64,000 bases of DNA from Candidatus Saccharicenans sp. (lineage in GTDB: Bacteria > Acidobacteriota > Aminicenantia > Aminicenantales > Saccharicenantaceae), in assembly GCA_029907135.1 (NCBI GenBank), contig JARYMJ010000006.1, positions 1,260 through 65,259 of the forward strand, written 5' to 3'. Shown here piece by piece: positions 37,356-45,883 of this stretch. Numbering within the stretch: position 1 is the stretch's first letter; each line of letters opens with the position of its first letter. A program made the translations under genes and the position numbers. Under the pieces are notes generated by a model. It saw only the letters and a list, made by a program, of their open reading frames with translations, made no database searches and was not told where the DNA came from.

Positions 37356-38342
37356 ATGAACAAAAATAAGAAAATCCTGGTGCTTTTTTGCGGCGGAACC
37401 ATAGTAATGGAAGAAAAAGGCCACGGCTCACTCTCGGTGCCGGATAACAAAGACTCAGCCATAGAAATGCTCCGCAACGTCGAACCCCGCCTTTCGACCA
37501 TCGCCGATTATGACATTGAATTCATCGCCAACATCGACAGCACCAACATCACGCCCGAAGATTGGGACCGGATGCTCCTGAAAATAAAAGAAAAATATCA
37601 ACAATACGATGGCTTCGTCATCACCCACGGCACCGACACCATGGCCTACACCGCCGCTGCTCTCAACCTGGCCATCAGCGGGCTGGGAAAACCTGTCATA
37701 TTAACGGGCAGCCAGATTCCAGCCAGCAAAATCGAGACCGATGCTCGCCTGAACCTGGTCAACGCTTTCCGAGTGGCCACCATGGATATTTCCGGTGTTT
37801 TTATCGTCTTTGACCAGCGCATAATCCTCGGTTCAAAAGCTACTAAGTCTTCAGAATCCAGTCTCGATGCTTTTCAGACGGTAAACGGTGAAGATGCTGG
37901 TGAAATATCTATTGACATAAAAATAAAGCCCTGGGTAAAGAAAAGAATACGCGAGTCTCACCAGATAGAAATCACCCCCGGCTTCGAGCCAGACATCTTT
38001 GTCTACACCATAACGCCTGGCTGTGACCCGAGCGACCTGGAATTTCTTCTCCACAATGAAAAAATCAAGGGCATTATCATCAGAGCTTACGGCACTGGTA
38101 ACATACCTTACGGCTTTGAAAATTTCTTCAAAAAAGCAAAGACGAGAAAGTTGCCGGTAGTGGTTACCTCCCAGTGCCTCCACGGTAAAACGCTCATGCC
38201 GCTTTATGACGTTGGCCGCAAAGCGCTGGAGCTTGGCGCTATCGAGGGTCATGAGCAGAGTTTAGAAAACCTGGCCGTGAAGTTGATGTGGGCCCTGCGC
38301 CACCAGCCGAACCGGATAGCAGAGATAATAAACCGGTATTAG
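37356..38342 (+). CDS. ansA: L-asparaginase, type I (cytoplasmic)
   Basis: ILVLFCGGTIVM (TGGTI-type motif), VITHGTDTMAYTA, IIIRAYGTGN. Confidence 0.9.
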   Translation: MNKNKKILVLFCGGTIVMEEKGHGSLSVPDNKDSAIEMLRNVEPRLSTIADYDIEFIANIDSTNITPEDWDRMLLKIKEKYQQYDGFVITHGTDTMAYTAAALNLAISGLGKPVILTGSQIPASKIETDARLNLVNAFRVATMDISGVFIVFDQRIILGSKATKSSESSLDAFQTVNGEDAGEISIDIKIKPWVKKRIRESHQIEITPGFEPDIFVYTITPGCDPSDLEFLLHNEKIKGIIIRAYGTGNIPYGFENFFKKAKTRKLPVVVTSQCLHGKTLMPLYDVGRKALELGAIEGHEQSLENLAVKLMWALRHQPNRIAEIINRY

Positions 38343-39748
38343 TAAGGGCCCCATTTCATCAGCACCGGGGGAATCAAGGCCAGCAGGCTGAAGACCATCA
38401 GGATGAGCATCAGCGGCAGGAACCATTTGGCCCATTTTTCCCAGCTGATCCTGGCCACACCCAGGACACCCATGGTCACGGCTGAGGTGGGAAGAATCGG
38501 GTTAATGACCTCGCACAGCTGAAAAGCCAGCACCGAGGTTTGACGGGTTATACCCACCAGGTCGCTCAAAGGAGCAATGATGGGCATAGTCAGAGCGGCC
38601 TGGGCTGTGCCCGAATGCACGAAGAAATTAATCACCGCTTGCACCAGAAAAATAATCTGGGCTGTAAGAATAGAAGGCACCGCTGAAATCAAACCAGCTG
38701 CGCCCTGAAGCATAGTGTCCAGGACAGCCGCTTCCTTCAGGATGATGAGCACGGCCCGCCCGCCGGAGATGATCAGCGAGACATTCATCATATCCTTGGC
38801 CCCGTCAACGAAATTTCTGGCCATCTCGGATGGCTTCATCCGGGCCAAAAATCCTGAAATCAGGCCTATGCCCAAGAAAAGCGCGGCTATTTCTTCCATG
38901 TACCAGGCTTTGGCCAGGATGCCGTAAATCAGCAGGCCGACGCCAGCAAAAAGGCAGGCGATGATCAGCTTCTGGGAGGTTCCCCATTCCAGGTTGGCAG
39001 CCGAATTTTCCTGGTGGTGAATCCTTTCTCGGTCCAGCTCATAGACCGGGCTCAGTTGCGGATTTCTCCTAACCTTCTCGGCGTAAATCATGACAAAGGC
39101 TATAGCAATAACGGTCGCTATTATCCACAGTATTAGCCGGTAGCCAAGCCCGGAATAAAGCGGCAGCTCGGCAAATCCCTGGGCAATGCCAACCGTGAAA
39201 GGGTTAAAAAAAGCTGCGGAAAAGCCAACAGCCGAACCAACAAAGGGAATGGCCACTCCGACCACTGAGTCATAGCCCATGGAAATAGCGAAGGGGATGA
39301 AAATCAGCACAAACGGAATCGATTCTTCGGCCATGCCGTAGACGCTTCCGGCCAGGGAAAAGATTATCATCAGCACCGGAATAACCAGAATTCTGAGCCT
39401 GGGGTTGCGCCCGAAAAAAGCCGCCAGCCGGTGAATGCCGGCGTCTATCGCTCCTGATTTGGTCAGAATGCCGAAAGTGCCGCCGAAAATAAAAATAAGG
39501 AAAATGATCAGGGAGGCATCCTGGAAACCACGGATGGGGGCAATCAACAGCCATTCCGGTCCCAGCCACCTTTTTTCCACAAGATGATAGGTGCCCGGGA
39601 CTATAACCAACCTGGTTTTGCCCTGAACCGTTTTCTCGGTCCGGTCAAACTCGCCCGAGGGCAGAGCCAGCGCCAGCAGGTAAACCAGAATCACCAGCAG
39701 GTAAATCAAAACCAGCGTATGCGGCAGCCGGAAACTCTTTTTCTTCAT
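38339..39748 (-). CDS. YfcC/DcuC-family anion or amino-acid carrier (C4-dicarboxylate anaerobic carrier superfamily)
   Basis: 469 aa with about 12 TM segments. The N-terminus MKKKSFRLPHTLVLIYLLVIL...SGEFDR is typical of YfcC-like proteins as I recall them. Confidence 0.75.
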   Translation of the reverse strand: MKKKSFRLPHTLVLIYLLVILVYLLALALPSGEFDRTEKTVQGKTRLVIVPGTYHLVEKRWLGPEWLLIAPIRGFQDASLIIFLIFIFGGTFGILTKSGAIDAGIHRLAAFFGRNPRLRILVIPVLMIIFSLAGSVYGMAEESIPFVLIFIPFAISMGYDSVVGVAIPFVGSAVGFSAAFFNPFTVGIAQGFAELPLYSGLGYRLILWIIATVIAIAFVMIYAEKVRRNPQLSPVYELDRERIHHQENSAANLEWGTSQKLIIACLFAGVGLLIYGILAKAWYMEEIAALFLGIGLISGFLARMKPSEMARNFVDGAKDMMNVSLIISGGRAVLIILKEAAVLDTMLQGAAGLISAVPSILTAQIIFLVQAVINFFVHSGTAQAALTMPIIAPLSDLVGITRQTSVLAFQLCEVINPILPTSAVTMGVLGVARISWEKWAKWFLPLMLILMVFSLLALIPPVLMKWGPY

Positions 39749-39900
39749 TCTTTACTCCGTAGGAAGTTTCAATTTTAACGCAGAAAAGCTAAAGAAACAA
39801 AGCTCGTGCCTGATTTGACTCAGGCTTAAGCTCCTTTAACTTGCCGCCATTAACAAACTAAGTTTTGAACCGAACACGATGCGTTTTTTATCTACTATCA

Positions 39901-39993
39901 TCATTCGGCATAGATCATCTTGATGGTCATTCCGCCGTCAACCAACAGGTTGGTCCCAGTGATGAAGTCACTCCTGGCTGAACACAGAAACAA
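39901..39993 (-). pseudogene. Remnant of a short-chain dehydrogenase/reductase (C-terminal about 30 codons only)
   Basis: Minus-strand translation gives LFLCSARSDFITGTNLLVDGGMTIKMIYAE*, the conserved SDR C-terminus (..ASD.SFITG..L.VDGG). No Rossmann N-terminus is present. AAGGAGG (39999-40005) sits 5 nt upstream of a TTG (39991-39993). Confidence 0.55.
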
Positions 39994-40036
39994 TTAGGCC
40001 TCCTTAAGTTGAGCTTAAAGGGTCAACATCTAAAGG

Positions 40037-40957
40037 TTACCGGTGGAAACTTTCGCCGATGAATTTCAGGGCCTCCAGGATGCCGCTGCGCCAGTAGCTC
40101 CAGGTATGACCGCCGTCTCTTACCCGGAATTCATGGGGAATTTTCCGGTCGCGCATGGCTACATGGAGAGCGGCATTTCCCTTATACAGAAAATCATCGT
40201 CCCCGCAATCGATATAAAACCTCACCGTCTTGATTTTATCCACCGGCAAGGTCTTCACCAGGTCGAGTGGATTATAGCTTCTAAAATGTGCCGTCAGCCG
40301 GTCCTTGCCCTTTAAGCCCGGCCCGAAGAGCGGGGCAAAGATTCTCTCGTAGACCTTTTCGTCCGTGGCCATAACTTCTTCCTCGGTCCAGACGGCCGCG
40401 CTGAACGGGGCCGCGGCCGCAAACATCTCCGGATGTCGCAGGGCATAAATCAACGTCCCCCAACCGCCCATGCTCAGCCCGGCCACGCCCCGGAACTCCT
40501 TTTCTGGGCGTGTTCGATAATTGGCATCTATGTAGGGAATAAATTCCTGGAAGAAAAAGTCCTCGTAGCGAACCTTGTTCTGATAATCATTGATATACCA
40601 GCTCACTCCCCCATCAGGCATTACGATAATCATCGGCGGAATCTGCCGCTCGGCGATGGCTCTATCGGCGGTCAGGTTTACCTCGCCAAATTGAAGCCAG
40701 CCCGTGTCATTATCAGTATAACCGTGGAGCAGGTAGACCACCGGGTAGCGACGGCTGGAAGTTTGATAATCGGGAGGTAAATAAATGGTATAGCGCACTT
40801 CCTTCCCCAGTATCTTGCTCTGGACGGTCAACCCTTCCAGCACCTGTCCGTTAATAATCCCCGTTTCTGCGAAACCAGCTCTTATAAAGGATAAGAGAAT
40901 AATGGACAGAGTGATTAAACTGATTACCTGTCTGTTAATAACCCTTTCTCTTTCCAT
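40037..40957 (-). CDS. Secreted esterase-family alpha/beta hydrolase (esterase D / CE1-like)
   Basis: YPVVYLLHGYTDNDTGW and GLSMGGWG (nucleophile elbow), with a signal peptide. Confidence 0.8.
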   Translation of the reverse strand: MERERVINRQVISLITLSIILLSFIRAGFAETGIINGQVLEGLTVQSKILGKEVRYTIYLPPDYQTSSRRYPVVYLLHGYTDNDTGWLQFGEVNLTADRAIAERQIPPMIIVMPDGGVSWYINDYQNKVRYEDFFFQEFIPYIDANYRTRPEKEFRGVAGLSMGGWGTLIYALRHPEMFAAAAPFSAAVWTEEEVMATDEKVYERIFAPLFGPGLKGKDRLTAHFRSYNPLDLVKTLPVDKIKTVRFYIDCGDDDFLYKGNAALHVAMRDRKIPHEFRVRDGGHTWSYWRSGILEALKFIGESFHR

Positions 40958-41251
40958 TTATCCAGTCTCCTTTCTTCCTAAATTATCAAAAGGGTCGGGG
41001 CACCCCGCCCGACCGGCCTGTCTTGCTGAAGCATTTCAAAAGTTCATTAAACAATTTACAGCCACTTATACAACAGACCGTTCCTTTGAGTCAAAGAGAC
41101 CGATGTCCCCATAAGCCGGGAGAACCTGAAGAATAAAATCTATGTTATAATAGATGAGCAACAATAAAGTTAATATAAACTCATAAGGCCCACAGGCGCA
41201 TAAAGGGGGGTCTCAAGCTAAAGTCTAATGCCAACATAAAGGAAGGAAAAC

Positions 41252-41584
41252 ATGATTGAAAAAACTTATCATTTTACCCGCACCTCAGACAAGCTGATCG
41301 AAAAAATTATTGCCGACGACAACCTGGCCCTCAATCACATGGTACTAAACCAGGGCCAGGCCCTGCCCGAACATTTTTCTAACTCCAACGTCTATATGAT
41401 CGTCATCCGAGGCACCATAACCCTACAGTTGGCAGAACAACCGGCCCGGAGTTATCCGGCCGGCACCATAATCAACATCCCCTACAACATCAAGATGAAC
41501 GTTAGCAACCAGGCAACGGAAACCCTGGAATTTTTCGTGGTCAAAGCTCCCAGCCCGGCTTTTTTTGAGCAGAAAAAAACCTGA
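41252..41584 (+). CDS. Cupin-domain protein
   Basis: 110 aa with a small beta-barrel pattern (GQALPEHFSNSNVYMIVIRGTITL...AGTIINIPYN). SD AAGGAAGG upstream. Confidence 0.6.
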   Translation: MIEKTYHFTRTSDKLIEKIIADDNLALNHMVLNQGQALPEHFSNSNVYMIVIRGTITLQLAEQPARSYPAGTIINIPYNIKMNVSNQATETLEFFVVKAPSPAFFEQKKT

Positions 41585-41866
41585 TGGCCATACCAGCAGC
41601 CAGCGGATGGCCGAAAATAATTAACTGCACCAACCAAGATGCCAGGCATTGAGCAACGCTGCTTCCCCGGATACCAGACACTTGGCCTGACAGCTTCCGT
41701 CCCGGAGGCGACTCCCGCTTGGCTTTAGGAGTGGATAAACAAAAAGCTTCTCATAATCTTCTCTGATGATAAAGGCTCATTCCCCTTAGAAAGCCACAAA
41801 CCGATTTAGAAAAAGCCAGCAGCCTGCTGGACATAATCGGCTGATTAATCTATAATTTCCAACCTG

Positions 41867-41941
41867 CGGGGAGTAGCGCAGCCTGGCCAGCGCACAGCGT
41901 TCGGGACGCTGGGGTCGTGGGTTCAAATCCCACCTCCCCGA
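41867..41941 (+). tRNA. tRNA-Pro (anticodon CGG)
   Basis: Hand-folded. Acceptor CGGGGAG/CTCCCCG, D-stem GCGC/GCGC, anticodon stem CAGCG/CGCTG with loop TTCGGGA, T-arm GTGGG-TTCAAAT-CCCAC, discriminator A. CCA is not encoded. Confidence 0.9.
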
Positions 41942-42195
41942 TTTTCTTTATCACTTCTCCTTAACCTTTAATTCCCCTCGAACCCAGCCAGCAACATCTT
42001 TCTTTTTATCCTCCCCCATCTACTCGAAAGGTCGAACTCTTTAATCAAAACAGAGTTTCCTCCTGTCTCCCATTGAGTGCCGACCAAATCGCTGCCTTTC
42101 GGGGTTCGACCGCTCTCCAAGCTAAAAAATTTTCTGTTGTAATTTTTGCCCGATTAAGTATATTCAAATTGTATCTTAAAGGAGGGCCTGGCCTT

Positions 42196-42735
42196 ATGAT
42201 TAAGGAAATTTCTGGGGTAATTATCGAGTGTCTTCAGGGGAATATCACCGACCAGCCAGATATGACGGCCATCGTCAACGCCGCCAACGCCCAATTGCGC
42301 CCAGGTGGCGGTGTGGCCGGGGCTATCCATCGGGCAGCCGGACCCGGTCTGGAAGAGGAATGCCAGAAGTACGCCCCGATCGAACCGGGGCAGGCCGTCA
42401 TTACCGCAGGCCATAACCTGCCCAACAAATATGTTATCCATACCCTAGGACCGGTTTACGGGGTGGACAAGCCCGAAGACAAGCTGCTGGCCGACTGCTA
42501 CCGCAATTCTCTTCTCCTGGCTGAAGAACACGGCCTTGATTCCATTGCCTTCCCAGCCATATCCACCGGAGTATTCCGCTACCCCCTGGAAAAAGCAACC
42601 GAAGTCGCTCTCAAGACCGTGCTGGAAATAATCCCGCAATTGAAGCAAGTGAAAAAAATCAGGTTTGTTCTCTTCAGTGAGTCCGACCTGTTGGTCTATG
42701 AAGCCGAGCTAACCCGGTTGACGGCTGGAGGTTGA
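42196..42735 (+). CDS. Macro-domain protein (O-acetyl-ADP-ribose deacetylase / ADP-ribose binding, YmdB-like)
   Basis: GNITDQPDMTAIVNAANAQLRPGGGVAGAIHRAAG, plus AFPAISTGVFRYP. ATG at 42196 with AAAGGAGGG upstream. Confidence 0.85.
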   Translation: MIKEISGVIIECLQGNITDQPDMTAIVNAANAQLRPGGGVAGAIHRAAGPGLEEECQKYAPIEPGQAVITAGHNLPNKYVIHTLGPVYGVDKPEDKLLADCYRNSLLLAEEHGLDSIAFPAISTGVFRYPLEKATEVALKTVLEIIPQLKQVKKIRFVLFSESDLLVYEAELTRLTAGG

Positions 42736-43063
42736 AGTTTAAATATCCTCATCATAACCTAATCAGTTGAAACATCCAGTCAACACCCGTGGATCGTTTC
42801 CGGTCGGCTCCGGAAATAGGCTGGGTCGGCAATTTCCCACACAACCTGGACCTACAATTTAATTTAATTCAACCCACTAATTGAACGGACCGATTTTCCA
42901 CCCAGCCAGCAGGAGCGGTCATCCTGTCGCCTTTAACTGATTTTTCTTACCTGTTTTTTTTCTAAGCTGCCGGCAAAACTCCAGTTTAAAAACGGTCAGG
43001 GTTATATCTCTGCTATGGGTTTTTCTCACTACACAGCCCCGGCCTTTTTCCGTTGCTAACTTA

Positions 43064-43103
43064 TTGAAATGGCAAGATTCAGGGCGTATAATAATTGCCA
43101 TTT
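43064..43103 (+). promoter_or_regulatory. Near-consensus sigma70 promoter overlapped by a 9-bp perfect inverted repeat (putative operator) upstream of the MFS gene
   Basis: TTGAAA (43064-43069), a 17-nt spacer, then TATAAT (43087-43092). AAATGGCAA (43067-43075) and TTGCCATTT (43095-43103) are exact reverse complements that bracket the promoter. Confidence 0.5.
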
Positions 43104-43120
43104 TAATCAACTTTAATCAG

Positions 43121-44401
43121 ATGCAGCAAGAAATCAACGGTGCCAGTCAGCAGTTTCTGACTCGCCTTCTGGCCCTTGGCAAAAAATTTTCCTGGAAACA
43201 GACTTTCTACGCCCTAAGGTATCCGAATTACCGTCTCTGGTTCTGGGGCCAGTTAATTTCGGTCTTCGGTTCCTGGATGCAGATGACGGCCCAGGCCTTC
43301 CTGATTTACGAAAGCACCCGCTCCCCAGCTTACCTGGGTTATGCCGGTTTTGCTGCCGGCCTGCCCACCTGGCTGTTCATGCTCTACGGGGGCGTGGTAG
43401 CTGACCGTATCCCCCGCCGCCGGATCCTGATCCTGACCCAGACGGTCATGATGCTCCTGGCTTTTGTCCTAGCTGCCCTGGTCTTCCTGCACCTGGTTAA
43501 GCCCTGGCACATCATCATTCTGGCCTTTTGTTCCGGCATAGTCAACGCCTTTGATGCTCCGGCCCGACAGGCTTTTGTCATGGAAATGATTGAGCCTGAG
43601 GCCTTGACCAATGCCATTGCCCTGAACTCGGCCATGTTCAATTCGGCCCAAGCCCTGGGTCCGGCCGTGGGTGGAATAATCTATGCCTCTCTGGGGCCGG
43701 CCTGGTGTTTTACCATCAATGGCCTTAGCTTTATTGCCGTGATCATGGCCCTGGCCTTGATGAAGTTAAAGCCATTTGAGCCCCGGTTGACAGAAAATTC
43801 GGTGATCGAAGACCTGAAAGAAGGGATGAGATACGTTATCAACCACCGGACGATCAGGCTTCTGGTGCTAACTGTGGCCATGACCACTCTTTTCGGCCGG
43901 GCCTTCATCACCCTGCTTCCGGCCTGGGCGGTGCAGGTGTTACACGGGGATGCCAGGACTAACGGCTTTCTTCAAACCGCAACTGGAGTTGGAGCTCTGG
44001 CCGGAGCCCTGTTCATCGCCTCCTTCAGCCACCACCTGTCCCGGGGAAAGCTCCTGAGCCTGGGCACACTTTTCTACCCAATGGCTATTATTCTCTTTGC
44101 CCTATCGCGTTTCCTTCCGCTGTCCCTGGTTCTACTGCTCATTTCGGGATTTGGGGTCATCATCATCTATAACCTGTGCAACTCCCTGGTTCAAATCGAG
44201 ACGCCGGAAAAGATGCGGGGCCGGGTGATGAGCATCTACAGTTTTGTCTTTTTCGGCCTGATGCCTTTTGCCGCTCTGTGGATCGGGGCAGCGGCCAACC
44301 ACTTCGGCGAAAAGCTGCCGATCCTGGCTTCGGCCTCTATTTTCCTCATCTATTCCGCCGCCATCTTTTTCTTCGGTACCCAGCTCCGGAAATTACGATA
44401 A
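43121..44401 (+). CDS. MFS transporter (EntS/MFS_3-like, 12 TM)
   Basis: YPNYRLWFWGQLISVFGSWMQ and GGVVADRIPRRRILI (the loop 2-3 motif). Start taken at the ATG at 43121. Confidence 0.8.
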   Translation: MQQEINGASQQFLTRLLALGKKFSWKQTFYALRYPNYRLWFWGQLISVFGSWMQMTAQAFLIYESTRSPAYLGYAGFAAGLPTWLFMLYGGVVADRIPRRRILILTQTVMMLLAFVLAALVFLHLVKPWHIIILAFCSGIVNAFDAPARQAFVMEMIEPEALTNAIALNSAMFNSAQALGPAVGGIIYASLGPAWCFTINGLSFIAVIMALALMKLKPFEPRLTENSVIEDLKEGMRYVINHRTIRLLVLTVAMTTLFGRAFITLLPAWAVQVLHGDARTNGFLQTATGVGALAGALFIASFSHHLSRGKLLSLGTLFYPMAIILFALSRFLPLSLVLLLISGFGVIIIYNLCNSLVQIETPEKMRGRVMSIYSFVFFGLMPFAALWIGAAANHFGEKLPILASASIFLIYSAAIFFFGTQLRKLR

Positions 44402-44720
44402 CCCTATCACCTGTCTCGTCGGCAAAATTCCAGTTAGCAAAATTTTTTTGAAGTTTATAAGCTTTTTCCAGCGACTGCGGAACCCAAGTTGCCGAAGGTC
44501 AAAACGGCTGGCCATGGCTTTCCAGCCAACTTTCTATCTATTAAGCTTCCGGCCGGAGTCTTGGGGATGAGCAGGAATTTTTCCGGGCGACACCGAAATT
44601 AAGCCCCAAGACAGGAGGCAGGATACTCCCTTCAGCTGACTCACAATTAAACAACCCGGAAATTGCCACAACCCAGTAGTTCAAGCAGCGCTTAAAATCT
44701 CACTCGGGGACCGGGACCGG

Positions 44721-45797
44721 CTAAAAATCTTTAATTTCCACCAGCTCATATTTCTGGCTGCCCAGGCCGATCTTTTCTCCGTAGGCCAGCTGAACCGACC
44801 AGTCGATGTTATAGCCCTTCTTGAAAGCATCCTGGCCAGCCACTTTGAGCACCAGGTCAATCGAAGCCCGGTCCACCGCCACCGGGTCCAGCGAGCCGAC
44901 CAGGCCCACATCTTCCACTATAGCCGGCTGGTTCTTGGCCATACAATCACAGTCCTTGGTCACCTGAAGGATGAAATTGATAAAGCCGATTTTATGCTGA
45001 AAATGGTTCTTGACCGACAGAGCATATTCGGCCATCTTTTCCTGCAGCCGGCGGGAATCTTCGTCCCACTTCATCTTGATGGCCCCATACTTGCAGACCA
45101 CCAGGCACTCGCCACAACCGATGCATTTCTCATCATCAATCATCACGTAGCTTTCGGCCTGGACCATGGCCTCGGCCGGGCAATACCTGATACAGACGCC
45201 GCAGTTCCGGCACTGCTTGGTGTTCACTCTGGGATGAACTACCGAATGCTGGTCCAGTTTGCCCGCCCGGGAAGCGCAACCCATGCCCAGGTTCTTGATG
45301 GCCGCACCCACCCCGCTCTGGACGTGCCCGGTAACATGAGTAAGGCAGAGCATAACATCCGAGTGCAGGAAGGCGCTGGCAATCCGGGAAGACTGGATTC
45401 TCTGTCCCTCAATCTTGACTTCCGTTTTCTCCCGGCCGACCAGGCCGTCGGCAATGATGACCGGTATCTTGACCACGTCCGGAGTGAAACCGTGCTCCCA
45501 GGCCAGGCGGATGTGGTCCACCGAATTTGACCTGTTGCCCACGTAGAGAGTGTTGCTGTCAGAGAGGAAAGCCCGTTGGCTCTTTTTCAGAACCTCATCT
45601 ATAATCCCGGTCAACCAGCGAGGCTTAATATGCCCGGTGTTGTTTTTTTCTCCGAAATGAATCTTCAAGGCAACAAAATCTTCGGGCTCGATTTTCTCGT
45701 TTAAGCCGAGGGCCAGGTAGATGGCCCTGGCTTTCCGGGCAATGACTGCAGCCTCTTCCTCCCGGCTGGCCTTGATAAAATAAACTTTCTTTCTCAT
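44721..45797 (-). CDS. DUF362-domain protein with two 4Fe-4S ferredoxin-type motifs
   Basis: CRNCGVCIRYCP and CIGCGECLVVC, with a DUF362-like N-terminus (VALKIHFGEKNNTGHIKP). ATG at 45797 is preferred over the GTG at 45812. Confidence 0.75.
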   Translation of the reverse strand: MRKKVYFIKASREEEAAVIARKARAIYLALGLNEKIEPEDFVALKIHFGEKNNTGHIKPRWLTGIIDEVLKKSQRAFLSDSNTLYVGNRSNSVDHIRLAWEHGFTPDVVKIPVIIADGLVGREKTEVKIEGQRIQSSRIASAFLHSDVMLCLTHVTGHVQSGVGAAIKNLGMGCASRAGKLDQHSVVHPRVNTKQCRNCGVCIRYCPAEAMVQAESYVMIDDEKCIGCGECLVVCKYGAIKMKWDEDSRRLQEKMAEYALSVKNHFQHKIGFINFILQVTKDCDCMAKNQPAIVEDVGLVGSLDPVAVDRASIDLVLKVAGQDAFKKGYNIDWSVQLAYGEKIGLGSQKYELVEIKDF

Positions 45798-45883
45798 CAC
45801 GAACCCCGCCACCTAAAAACCATTCAGAACAATAATCAGCCTGATGGACAACCTGGTCGGTTGCCGGCAACCTGCACCGTCCT

